A stretch of 64,000 bases of DNA from an uncultured Poribacteria bacterium (GCA_958296135.2 CATQHZ020000001.1:2752001-2816000), one strand, 5' to 3'. Counted from the stretch's first letter, positions 28,216-38,271 are shown. Program-made: numbers and translations. Notes: generated from the sequence alone by a model not told the origin.

Positions 28216-29451
28216 GTGGAATTGAAAATCAGCGAGCTGATAAGTAAATACCGGCATAAAGGCAGAAGTCAAGAGAAACACCTCGTTGAACGGCAGCTGA
28301 ACGCTTATCACTTGGCGCGCGCCGTCTTGCATGCACCCGAAAGCCGACCGATCGAACTCGTCACACAACTCAAAAAGGACATGGGCGTGAGTCGTCTCCC
28401 CTTTCGCGTTGTCGACGAATTAGACCGGTATCGCCTCGGGCCCAGAAAACGCGTCACCTGGGCAGAACAGATTACCGAAATCGGGCAATGCCTCTGCGAA
28501 TTCGCAACCGGCGACCCGGCAGACTGCGACCATCAGGCGTTGTATGAGCAGGCGAAACGCTACCTCGCCGCCCCATCGATAGAGGAATACACGCACCTCG
28601 CACCGCACGACGCACGGCCGATAGAACCGAAGGCGATTCTCTACGCTTTTTATGCCGAACTGCCAGAGACAGTGAGCTACAAAGCCATCCTTCACGATAC
28701 CGCTCGGCTGGCGAATTTTAAGCAGACGAAAACCCTCTTGGATGAACTCGTTGAACTCATCGCGCGAGAGAGAGGGCTCCGTCCCAAGAAGTCTGCACAC
28801 GAACGCGCCCTCGGCGGCATCGCCGAAACGCGGGGGCTCCTTGAATCTTTGACGCACCGAAGCACCGCGCCCATCACTTCTTCTCCGATGCCTGAGGACG
28901 ACATCCCCTTTGAGCTCATTGAGGATGAGAATGTCATGGCGGAAGAAGAGGCACTCCACGAAAACGCAGACCTGCGCGCCTCCGCGGAAATCGCGCGGCA
29001 GGAACTTGAAGTTGTCAAAGAAGAACTTGAGCAAGTCAGGGAAGAAGCGGGGCAGGAAGCCGCCCTCGCCTTCTTCCAAGAGATGAATTCCGGGAAACAC
29101 AGCAACTTGCTGGACCAGTTTCTCAAGGCGGAAGAGCTCGTCAAGGGTTTAAAGAAAAATGGGATAGAGATTCCGCAGGAAATTGAACTCATCCCCATTA
29201 TCATCCGCATGTTTAACCGCTTCCTCAAAACCCAAGGCATCCGCCCCCAAGCAGTTGTCGGGGAAAAGAAGGAGATTACCCTCAACGAATCTGATGAATA
29301 CGAATACATCGGTTCGGAATGGAAAGATCCGGAGGAAACGAAGACAGTGGAAGTCATCTCCGCCGGATGGCTCTACAAAGGCACGCTCACAGGCGATGAG
29401 AGTGAGCCTATCGTCATTAACAAACCGAAAGTTCAGGAGGTAACCTCATGA
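28216..29451 (+). CDS. GrpE-like nucleotide exchange factor with an extra N-terminal domain
   Basis: Coiled coil, then LLDQF...FLKTQGIRP..VVGE...TVEVISAGWLYKG...VINKPKV, which parallels the GrpE C-terminus. Confidence 0.65.
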   Translation: MELKISELISKYRHKGRSQEKHLVERQLNAYHLARAVLHAPESRPIELVTQLKKDMGVSRLPFRVVDELDRYRLGPRKRVTWAEQITEIGQCLCEFATGDPADCDHQALYEQAKRYLAAPSIEEYTHLAPHDARPIEPKAILYAFYAELPETVSYKAILHDTARLANFKQTKTLLDELVELIARERGLRPKKSAHERALGGIAETRGLLESLTHRSTAPITSSPMPEDDIPFELIEDENVMAEEEALHENADLRASAEIARQELEVVKEELEQVREEAGQEAALAFFQEMNSGKHSNLLDQFLKAEELVKGLKKNGIEIPQEIELIPIIIRMFNRFLKTQGIRPQAVVGEKKEITLNESDEYEYIGSEWKDPEETKTVEVISAGWLYKGTLTGDESEPIVINKPKVQEVTS

Positions 29452-32400
29452 AATATTGGGTCATCGCGCCAATGGAATCCACCATCCCTGAAGAATTGTT
29501 CCAGAACGCTTGGCAACACGACAAACAACATGGAACAATCGCCGTAGGCTGGCCCGTCCATACGCAGCACGGAACACCCATCTCGCCTGCAGGAGTCCCT
29601 CCTGCAGTCCGAGGGCAGGTGTCCCCTACCGACCAGCTGGCGACTCTATCTGGGTACGGAACCTTTGAAGATTTCCAAGACTACTTCAAGAATTTTAACC
29701 AAGAATGTCAACTTGACTGGGGCCCCCGGGCAGCAAAAATCGTGTGGGAATTCCATCGCGAAATTCAGATAGGGGACAAGGTCATCGCACGGCTCGGGTT
29801 AAGCAAGATTCTGGGCATCGGCACCGTTACCAAAACCGCCTACTACGATTGGCCGCAAGCGATAACTCGCCTGGGAACCTCCACCCCCATTCCCGAGGTG
29901 GACTATTCCCACGTTCGGCCGCGGTTCATCGAAGTCAACTGGGAACACACCGGAGAATTTCCAGCCAAATTGGCATGGAGACGCAGTGTTCAGGAAATCA
30001 CCAGCCAGCAATTTCACGAGGTGCTGGCTGGGTTGAACCTCGAAGCAGTTCCTATAGATTCAGAGCCCCCGAGCCGAACTGAAGCACCGGACCTCGCATC
30101 CCAAGCCTATCCGGAATCCACGCCGGAGACGGTTCAGCCGCACCCGCCTGTAACAGAGGAAGCAGAGCCAACACGAAGGGCTTCGGCACCCATTGAACAT
30201 GAAACCGGCAGAGATGGGAGTCAGCCGCAATCGGCACCTCAGCGGAGCACAACAGAGCCAGAGGATACGACAACGTCAAGGATGCAGTCACCTCCCTTTG
30301 GCCGTTCAACAGGGCTGAAGGCGATTCTACCGCACGAGGTGGACAGACAGCACAAACCTTCCGTTCGTGCCGCAATCCCTGCGCCGGATGCTCCAACCGA
30401 ACCCGCGCACCCGAACTATTACATCGGCATCGATTTAGGCACGACGAACTCTGTCATGGGATGGGGCACGCTCAATCCACAGACGAACAAGTTAGAACCC
30501 AAAGTCGTGGAAATTAACATGATGATTGAGCGGGGCGGTATGGGGAAAAAGGAGTTGTTACCGTCGTGCGTCTATTTCAAAGAAGGAAGCCCACCGATTA
30601 TCGGGGAATACGCGAAGACGATGATAGGACGGCAGACAAGCCGGGTAGTGAAATCTGTTAAGAGCGACATAGGTACACCGAAGCAGTATGAGTTCGATAA
30701 CACCACTTATAGCGCAGCGGAAATCTCATCGCAGATTCTCAAGCACCTCGTCGCCAGTGCAAAGACCTTGTTCGGATTCATGCCCGATGATGTCGTCATC
30801 ACCGTGCCTGCCTCCTTTGATTCGGATATGCGGGCAGCCACGATTGAAGCCGCGCGCCTCGCCGGATTCCGCACACACGAAGACGATGGAAGTCCACGGA
30901 ACATTTTGCTCGATGAACCGCGCGCCGCACTCTACGATTTCATCAATAGACAGGACAAAGGGGAAATCCCTGAAACGCTCATCAACTTCCACACGCCGAA
31001 ACTAGTCCTCGTCTTTGACCTAGGCGGCGGCACCTTAGATGTCTCTTTACACAGAGTCTCTTATGAGGACCACGAATTCCGTCTGAACATCGAAGATTTG
31101 GCCGTCTCGCGGTATACGCAAATCGGTGGAGATGATTTCGACCAGAAACTTGCCGACCATTTCTTCGCAGCCTACGCGAATAGGCTCCCCAATAACCTTA
31201 ATGATTTCCAGATGAATCTGATTAAGAGTGACTTCCTGGAATTCGCAGAACAAGCCAAGATTGATCTGAGCAGCGAGATTGAAACGAGCAAATTAATGCG
31301 GTATTTTGACCCGGATACAGTTGAAACGACGATTATCCAAACGCCGTGGGAAAATCTCGTGTTTCAATACGATTTGACGCTAACCGAATATGAAGACATC
31401 ATTGAGCCGCTCCTCGCGAATCAACTCACGCTGGAATCGGTCGCGCAACTTGACACACTGCCCGCCTGTGATAACATCATCTACCCTATCCTTGATGTGT
31501 TACGAAAAGGGGAACGCAAACTCGGGACGATGCCGCAGGTCGATGCCGTGCTCCTCAACGGCGGCATGACGAAACTCCACACTATCCAAAAACGGTTGGA
31601 GACGTTCTTCGGTTTCCCACCGATTACTGCTGGCGATGCCGACAAAGCTGTCGCACGCGGCGCAGTGGTGTATCACTACGACTTGCACAGAGGGATTAAA
31701 CCGGCACGCATCCTCAACGATACTATCGGCATTGAAATCGCTGGTGGTAGAGTCAAACCGCTTGTGGAAGCAGGAACGATTCTGCCGTTGTCGGCACCGC
31801 AATCGATTGAGGGACTGCAGGTAAGCGACGGCGCGCCCTCCTTGCGGCTGCCGTTTTACCTCGGCAGCCGCAAGGATACCAAACCACCGAATCGACGCAT
31901 CCTTGAACGGAACGTGCGATTTAGGCGGCCGCTCCTCAAAAATGAACCCATCTACATACAAGTGCAGGTGGACGAGCGCGGCATTATGAACGTCGAAGGG
32001 TGGCCGAGGGCGAACCCGAATGAAAGGTTCGCGGTGAGTGTCGATTCAACCAGAGCTGCAAGTGCAGCACCTGGGGTGGACAGCCCCCCCACTGCCGGGA
32101 CAAGCAACGTTCGGAACCCGATACCGAGCGCGCCTCCCTACAGTCCGGCACAGCGAGCTCCCGCGCCACGATATAGCGGCAGCGTTGGACAACAGCCCGT
32201 ATCAACCGGCCCCTCCTTCCCGGGGAGAGCGGTAGACCCGAGCCAGGGCACCACCCTCGACGTCCAGTATGAAATCGCGGAGATGAAGAAGAACTTCTCC
32301 TACTACATGCGGACATATCAAATCAACCGCAAGAAGGTGATTATGGACCAGGTCATCCGACAGCGTCACAAAATCGCCAACGCCACGAACGCCGAAGAGT

Positions 32401-33182
32401 TCATCGGCCCGCTCCTCGAAAATATCCCCTACGTGAACAACTACGGGAAGGCGAGAGTCATGGTGCTTCTCGGCGATTTGGCCAGCAAGACTTCGGATAC
32501 AGACCTGCTTTACGACATCTGCGATGCCGGCATCGCGCTGAGCAGCCCCGACGAACTTGCGCACAAGCATCCGCAGGTTATCAAAACGGTTGTTCGCTAT
32601 GCGGTGGAAGCCATCGGGAAAACCGGACTCCCCATCGCCGAATCGCACCTGATTAACCTCATTACGCGGGAAGTCCCCGTCGCCATCCGGCCCAACGCCG
32701 TTTACTCCATCGGCAAGTGCTGCCACAGCGTGAACGCAATTGAGCACTTGAAGCCGCTAGTCGAGCATGGCGTAGCAGCTGACCGGATTGCCATCAATTG
32801 GGCGTTCGGGAAAATGGGCAGTCGCGAACATAAGCAACCGCTGCCAATCGAGCAGTTGGATTCGGTTATCCAAATCCTCCTGGAGCAGTTGCGCAGCGAC
32901 GCACACAAGGATGTCAAGCGGAACGGCATTTACGCGCTCGGCGAAATTTGCGACCGGCGCGATTGCGCCAAGGATCCGATTCCTATTGAGAAAACCGCCG
33001 AGGTGATAACTGTGCTTGAACCGTATCTTATGTTCCGGACAGATGGAAGCCTCTCCGAGTTAGCGAACATACAGCAAGAGCGGCTGCTCAAGCGGTTCGC
33101 CGGCGTTTCTCTCAACATGATTAAAGGCGTGCATCTCTCTGCCGAACAGGAAACGAGCCTGCTAACTATCCGGAACGAATAA
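29448..33182 (+). CDS. multidomain Hsp70-family protein (N-terminal restriction-associated domain, Hsp70 ATPase, C-terminal HEAT-like repeats)
   Basis: GIDLGTTNS, VITVPASF, DEPRAA, DLGGGTLD, GGDDFD, LNGG, AVARGA; C-terminal repeats EAIGK / YSIGK / WAFGK / YALGE. Confidence 0.88.
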   Translation: MKYWVIAPMESTIPEELFQNAWQHDKQHGTIAVGWPVHTQHGTPISPAGVPPAVRGQVSPTDQLATLSGYGTFEDFQDYFKNFNQECQLDWGPRAAKIVWEFHREIQIGDKVIARLGLSKILGIGTVTKTAYYDWPQAITRLGTSTPIPEVDYSHVRPRFIEVNWEHTGEFPAKLAWRRSVQEITSQQFHEVLAGLNLEAVPIDSEPPSRTEAPDLASQAYPESTPETVQPHPPVTEEAEPTRRASAPIEHETGRDGSQPQSAPQRSTTEPEDTTTSRMQSPPFGRSTGLKAILPHEVDRQHKPSVRAAIPAPDAPTEPAHPNYYIGIDLGTTNSVMGWGTLNPQTNKLEPKVVEINMMIERGGMGKKELLPSCVYFKEGSPPIIGEYAKTMIGRQTSRVVKSVKSDIGTPKQYEFDNTTYSAAEISSQILKHLVASAKTLFGFMPDDVVITVPASFDSDMRAATIEAARLAGFRTHEDDGSPRNILLDEPRAALYDFINRQDKGEIPETLINFHTPKLVLVFDLGGGTLDVSLHRVSYEDHEFRLNIEDLAVSRYTQIGGDDFDQKLADHFFAAYANRLPNNLNDFQMNLIKSDFLEFAEQAKIDLSSEIETSKLMRYFDPDTVETTIIQTPWENLVFQYDLTLTEYEDIIEPLLANQLTLESVAQLDTLPACDNIIYPILDVLRKGERKLGTMPQVDAVLLNGGMTKLHTIQKRLETFFGFPPITAGDADKAVARGAVVYHYDLHRGIKPARILNDTIGIEIAGGRVKPLVEAGTILPLSAPQSIEGLQVSDGAPSLRLPFYLGSRKDTKPPNRRILERNVRFRRPLLKNEPIYIQVQVDERGIMNVEGWPRANPNERFAVSVDSTRAASAAPGVDSPPTAGTSNVRNPIPSAPPYSPAQRAPAPRYSGSVGQQPVSTGPSFPGRAVDPSQGTTLDVQYEIAEMKKNFSYYMRTYQINRKKVIMDQVIRQRHKIANATNAEEFIGPLLENIPYVNNYGKARVMVLLGDLASKTSDTDLLYDICDAGIALSSPDELAHKHPQVIKTVVRYAVEAIGKTGLPIAESHLINLITREVPVAIRPNAVYSIGKCCHSVNAIEHLKPLVEHGVAADRIAINWAFGKMGSREHKQPLPIEQLDSVIQILLEQLRSDAHKDVKRNGIYALGEICDRRDCAKDPIPIEKTAEVITVLEPYLMFRTDGSLSELANIQQERLLKRFAGVSLNMIKGVHLSAEQETSLLTIRNE

Positions 33183-33296
33183 TTTTCTTCGTTCGCAAGG
33201 CGTGCGGCGGACATCACCGATACCAGAACGTTTTCACAGTACCCAGTCGAGCAGCGTTGTCAGATGACTGAAGTGTCCCAATCAGCCCATATCCTC

Positions 33297-33654
33297 GTAG
33301 GGCGAGGGCCGTCACGGGCACGCCTACAGAAAACGTGTTTACGGTAGTCAGTCGCTCTGGCGAGGCAGCTCGCCTGTCTTGATAGACGTGACCTTTGCAT
33401 CGCTGCAGTTTTTGACGTAGGCAGTTTGCTGCGGTTGACGGCGTAGGCAAGTTTGCGAAAGCCAAACTTGCCAAATTCGTGTTATTCGGCTTTGCGAATA
33501 ACACTAGCCGTCAACCGAAGAAAGCCAAACGGTTTCCGAAGATGTGTTATTCGGAAACCTTGCGAATAACACTGCGTCAAAAACTATAAAAGCAAACTAC
33601 CTTACTTTAACGCCGTCATCTCTGCAGCCTCGCTGCAGAGATGGCCACTGTCCC
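33297..33654. repeat. cluster of palindromic elements
   Basis: GTAGGGCGAGGG REP, GGCAAGTTTG..CAAACTTGCC, two GTGTTATTCG..CGAATAACAC hairpins, CATCTCTGCAG copy 4. Confidence 0.75.
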
Positions 33655-33686
33655 CCGCTATGCTATGAATTAAGGAATACTTCAAA

Positions 33687-34892
33687 ATGGAATTCAAACT
33701 AGCAATAAACGGCGGCGAACCTGTCCGTACCAAACCCTTTCCATCATGGCCCACCCTCAATGCCGCTGACATTGAAGCGTTTGAAAGTATCTATCAGAGT
33801 GGGCAGTGGGGCGTTGGCGGCACAAAGGTGCCTGAATTTGAACGGCAATTCGCTGAATTTCAGGGAGCAAACTATGGCGTTTGCGTCAACAGTGGCACAT
33901 CTGCACTCTATATCGCGCTGAAAGCCGCGGGGGTGTGCCCTGGACACGAAGTCATTACCACAGCCTACACCTTCCAAGCCACGGTTGTCGCCATTCTGAT
34001 GACGCATGCCGTGCCGGTGTTTGTGGATACTGCACCGGATACTTTTCTGTTAGATGCTGCCAAAGTGGAGACAGCGATAACAGAAAAGACGAAGGCAATC
34101 TTGCCTGTCCACATCGCGGGGTATCCAGCGGATATGGATGCGTTGGTTGCAGTTGCACGCCGTCATAACCTCAAGGTGATTGAGGATTGCGCGCAGGCAC
34201 ACGGTGCCGAGTGGCGCGGGCGAGGTGTCGGCAGTTGGGGCGACTTCGGATGCTTCAGCTTCCAATCCTCCAAAAACCTGTGCGCCGGGGAAGGCGGCAT
34301 CATCTTGATGAACGACAAGGCGGCGTATGAACGCGCCTGGGCCCTTCACAACTGCGGCCGCACCCCTCCCGATGCCGAGTTTGGTAACATAGAGCCCTTC
34401 GGCGGCAACTTCCGCATGACAGAATGGCAGGCGGGCCTGCTCCTGGCGCGGTTGACACGGCTTGAGGAAGAGACCAACTACCGGCACATGAACATGCGGT
34501 GGTTAGATGGATGGCTTGGCGAGATTCCGGGCATCAAGGTAACCCCGCTCGATCCGCGGGCAACGCGCGGCGGATGCCACGGCTACAAGGCGATTTTCGA
34601 TTCCGAGGAGTTTGAAGGCATATCACGCGAAACGTTCCTCAACGCCATGCGCGCCGAAGGCATACCGATGGGCTATTGGTATACCACGCCGATGTATCGC
34701 GACGCTTTCTTGGCATCAAACCTTTTCGGGCAAAATTTGGACTATGCCGAAGTGCATTGCCCAGAAACGGAGAAACTGTGCCAGACAGGGCTCTCCCTCG
34801 GTCAGAACGTTTTGATGGGTAGCGAAGAGGATATGGAGGACATCATTAAGGCGACAATCAAGGTGCGGCGGAACGTTAACCAGTTAAAATGA
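33687..34892 (+). CDS. DegT/DnrJ/EryC1/StrS PLP-dependent aminotransferase
   Basis: NSGTSAL, TFQAT, PVHIAG, EDCAQAHG, FSFQSSKNL..GEGG. Confidence 0.93.
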   Translation: MEFKLAINGGEPVRTKPFPSWPTLNAADIEAFESIYQSGQWGVGGTKVPEFERQFAEFQGANYGVCVNSGTSALYIALKAAGVCPGHEVITTAYTFQATVVAILMTHAVPVFVDTAPDTFLLDAAKVETAITEKTKAILPVHIAGYPADMDALVAVARRHNLKVIEDCAQAHGAEWRGRGVGSWGDFGCFSFQSSKNLCAGEGGIILMNDKAAYERAWALHNCGRTPPDAEFGNIEPFGGNFRMTEWQAGLLLARLTRLEEETNYRHMNMRWLDGWLGEIPGIKVTPLDPRATRGGCHGYKAIFDSEEFEGISRETFLNAMRAEGIPMGYWYTTPMYRDAFLASNLFGQNLDYAEVHCPETEKLCQTGLSLGQNVLMGSEEDMEDIIKATIKVRRNVNQLK

Positions 34893-35084
34893 TGGTGTGG
34901 GCAAACCTCTCCCTGAACCGCAGCGTTGATAGAACAATTGACATCCCCGTGGGAGATAGTGGCCGCAAGCGAAGGAAAACTCGCAATGGAACTGCCATCG
35001 GAACTGGCCGGGCTTCGCGCCCTGCACTGCCCAGGTCCGAAAGGCGTTTTTTATCAAACAACCCGCCATTAAAATGAACAGTCA

Positions 35085-35185
35085 AAAACGTAGTCATTGA
35101 CAACGTCGATGACAGAATTGGTAAGACGGCCCTGGTCAAACACGAGATGTTCGCCGAACGCATTGCGACATACGAAAAATCGTAA
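35085..35185 (+). repeat. ~100-bp dispersed repeat, copy B
   Basis: AACGTAGTCATTGACAACGTCGATGACAGAATTGGTAAGAC...CGAACGCATTGCG. Confidence 0.8.
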
Positions 35186-35272
35186 TTTTTTACTATCCTT
35201 TTTCGCCTTAAGTGACTCTATATAGCCAAACGACATTCACAATGCTAAGGCGGTCCCCTCGTGAAATCTTAA

Positions 35273-35355
35273 CATTGACAACGTCGATGATGGATATGGC
35301 GAGGAGATGTGATTGCACAGGGAACCTCGAACGAACGCATTGCGAAATACAGAAG
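35273..35355 (+). repeat. ~100-bp dispersed repeat, copy C
   Basis: CATTGACAACGTCGATGA...CGAACGCATTGCGAAATAC. Confidence 0.7.
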
Positions 35356-35364
35356 AAGGAGATT

Positions 35365-35922
35365 ATGATGTCTACCGAACATGAAACGCAGAAAGAAATT
35401 CGGCGCGTCTTGCGGCTGTTGGAAACAACGGCGCGGGTTGTCGAAACCTCACCAATCGTAGATCCTGATGAAGGCGAGGAACGGTGCGCCCAGCAGTTCA
35501 ATAACGCGCTCAGTCACCTTACCGAATTGGGGGCTGTGCCAGAAGGGCTGTTTGAACCGTTGGAGCCCTCCGCCTCCTTGGGGGATATCTGCTTCGCCTG
35601 CCATCAGGTTGCGGCTTACCTCAAAGAAGGGCTATGTGACGAGTTCGATTTCGCCCAAGTCAAGAAAACCATCGGCGATGAGTTGAAGGATGTCGGCGAA
35701 GTCGTCCGGCAATCGATGCCCTCCTTCCTCAAAGAGGTATGGGGTGGCGCGCCGGAAGAAACGCCGCCGGAAACCGTGGAAGTCACCTCTGACGAAGACA
35801 ACGATGGCGAATCGGCAGATTCCGTAGCGCAACGCGTCGCAAGACTGGAGGGACAGATGGAAACCGTCGTGGAGATTCTCCAAGAACTTCGCGCGCAACA
35901 GGTTGAGCGAGACGAACAGTAG
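35365..35922 (+). CDS. hypothetical acidic protein with C-terminal coiled coil
   Basis: AAGGAG RBS; MMSTEHETQ... Confidence 0.7.
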   Translation: MMSTEHETQKEIRRVLRLLETTARVVETSPIVDPDEGEERCAQQFNNALSHLTELGAVPEGLFEPLEPSASLGDICFACHQVAAYLKEGLCDEFDFAQVKKTIGDELKDVGEVVRQSMPSFLKEVWGGAPEETPPETVEVTSDEDNDGESADSVAQRVARLEGQMETVVEILQELRAQQVERDEQ

Positions 35923-36079
35923 GGCGGCGTGTGACTGAGACACGCCCGCCCCATCGAAGGGACAGCGATCGGCTGCCCCTTCGATGCCTGTATGGCTTCA
36001 CATTCTCGCAAGACAGGGTTCATAACAAGGCTAACCCGCTGCCCTACCCACACACGAGACGATGAAGGAGCACGAAAAA

Positions 36080-37151
36080 ATGAAAACATTCATTGCGCTC
36101 GGCGTTTCCCTTTTCACACTACTGACGCTTTGCACCGGGTGTCAATTCTCATCAACAGCGGAGAACGATATTGTGAATACGATTGAGAGAGCATACAGCG
36201 TTAAACCGGGCGGCACGTTAACAGTTGTGTCGGAGTTCGGCGCGATTGACGTGCAAACCGCCGCCCGGGACAGCGTCGCGATGGTTATCACGAAAGAAGC
36301 GAAATTCAAACTCGATCCGACGGTTCAGGAGGCCCTCGCTGATTTTGAGGTGGCATTTGAACACCAAGGTCCTGATGTCCGAGTTGAAGGGACGTTCAAA
36401 CGCGGGCGGGAGCACTGGCAGAAAAAGCTGAACCGGTTGAAAATTCGATTTCAGGTGACAGTGCCTCAGCAGTCCAACGTCGATTTGGAGACTTCAAGCG
36501 GTAGCATTGCCGTTGCCGACCTGGGCGGCACAGTCCGCGCGCGCACGTCGGGCGGGAGTCTGCGCTTTGGCAACATTGAAGGCACCGTGTGGGGGACGCA
36601 CCTCGGGCGGCAGCATCAAACTCACTTCGTGTGGAGCCGCTGTCGAACTCAAAACGTCCGGCGGCAGTATCGAGGTAGGCGATGTTGCCGGCGCAGTCAA
36701 AGCACAAACCTCTGGCGGAAACCTCCGTTTTGGAGAAATTCAGGCCCCCATCTGGGGCAGAACCTCGGGCGGCAGCATCAAACTCAAGGCGTGCCAAGCG
36801 GCTGTCAATCTGCGAACCTCGGGCGGCAGTATCACGCTTGAGAGCGTTGCAGGGGATGTCGCGGCGAAGACTTCCGGTGGTTCTATCCGCGCAAATATGA
36901 CAAGGCAACCTGAGCATGACTGCAGGCTGCAGACATCAGGCGGCGGGATAACTGTCACCCTCATCCCTGATATTGCCGTTGACGTAGACGCGCAAACCAG
37001 CGGTGGAAACGTCGCAACCGAGTTTCCTGTCACATCGGTAATTCAAGGCAAGATACCTAAAAATCAGTTAAAGGGCACGATAAACGGCGGCGGACCGCGA
37101 TTAGAATTGCGAACCTCCGGCGGAAATATTCGTTTGCAAAAAGCAGAGTAG
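36080..37151 (+). pseudogene. DUF4097 beta-strand repeat lipoprotein, single +1 frameshift (or assembly error)
   Basis: Lipobox-like LCTGC, repeated TSGG.I motifs; G5 at 36591-36595 where the sister repeat implies G4 (WGRTSGG). Confidence 0.8.
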
Positions 37152-37400
37152 CCTCTCGCGTTTTCTCCGCACGCCCACGATGGTAAGGGCGGATGGCTAT
37201 ATCCGCCCGTTTCCAATGAGCATCAGGATAGAAACAGACTTTCCATACACTATACCAAATTACCCTGAGCCGTTTCGCGCTCGACTGAAGCTCTGGCACG
37301 AAGGTTCTCCCAGCAATCCCGAACGCTCAAGAGCCGGCGAATCTCCTCCTACAGAGACGAGATGCATCAACGGCATTTGGTATGAAAAGATCAAGGCAGA

Positions 37401-38234
37401 TCAGTAATTCTTGATAAACAATTCCATCCCTTTCGCAGCTGTTGCCTTCCGATAATTGTTCATCCCGTATTGCAACGTCCATTCCCGAATCTCCGCGAAA
37501 TCGAAGAGCTCCCGAATGAAAGGCGAATCGTCGTAGGTTATCAGCCATTTGTGCTGACACTTCTTCATATTCTCCGCGAACTGCCCGTGATCGAACCCCG
37601 TATGCAAACTGCCGCGCACCCCATAGAGTTTTGACGCAGTCGCTTTCCAATACGGCGGATCCAAGAAAAGAAAGACATCTTCGCCTTCTTGGAAAAGCAC
37701 GTTGGCGTAATCCCCGCACGTGATTTTGACATTGCGGAGATACGGCGCAACCTGCGCTACGCGCGCAATGGAAGATTCTGTCCACCGTTTCGCATAGGCG
37801 GAAGGCGAATACCCACCAGAATCTACCACGCCCGAAAAGGTGATGCGATTCAGGATGAAAAACCGCACGGCGCGCTCAAATTCGGAGAGCAGGGCGCGGT
37901 TTTCGCTGAGCTCATCCTTGTCCGCTGTTAATTCGGCAAACAGGGCACGGCCATCGGTTGCGTTCGCGTGCGTTGTCGTCAACGCTTCTACCAATGCGGG
38001 GTTATTATCGCGCGCCTGCCGCCAAAAACAGAAGACATCATAGTTGAGCTCATTCATCCAATACGTTTTGATGCGGCTGTCGAAGAGGCTGCGGATAGCG
38101 AAGAAGACAGAGCCGCCTCCGACGAAAGGTTCTCGGAATTCGGCGATGTTCAGCGGAATGAGCGGGAGAATCTGTTTCAAGGCGCGAGATTTCCCACCCG
38201 GATATCGTAGGGGGCTTTTGGCAAGTTTACGCAT
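37401..38234 (-). CDS. Dam-like (D12 class) N6-adenine DNA methyltransferase
   Basis: RYPGGKS, EPFVGGGSV, DPPY. Confidence 0.9.
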   Translation of the reverse strand: MRKLAKSPLRYPGGKSRALKQILPLIPLNIAEFREPFVGGGSVFFAIRSLFDSRIKTYWMNELNYDVFCFWRQARDNNPALVEALTTTHANATDGRALFAELTADKDELSENRALLSEFERAVRFFILNRITFSGVVDSGGYSPSAYAKRWTESSIARVAQVAPYLRNVKITCGDYANVLFQEGEDVFLFLDPPYWKATASKLYGVRGSLHTGFDHGQFAENMKKCQHKWLITYDDSPFIRELFDFAEIREWTLQYGMNNYRKATAAKGMELFIKNY

Positions 38235-38271
38235 CGCGTGCTGTTATCCAGATTTGTAATTTTCGGAAAGG

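Noticed and set aside
29448-33182. Housekeeping dnaK
   Set aside because: Twice the normal size, extra domains, divergent motifs (EPRAA) and no dnaJ or hrcA nearby.
33479-33572. Two similar GTGTTATTCG...CGAATAACAC units as a mini CRISPR array
   Set aside because: Only two units of unequal length and no cas genes; better explained as palindromic repeats.
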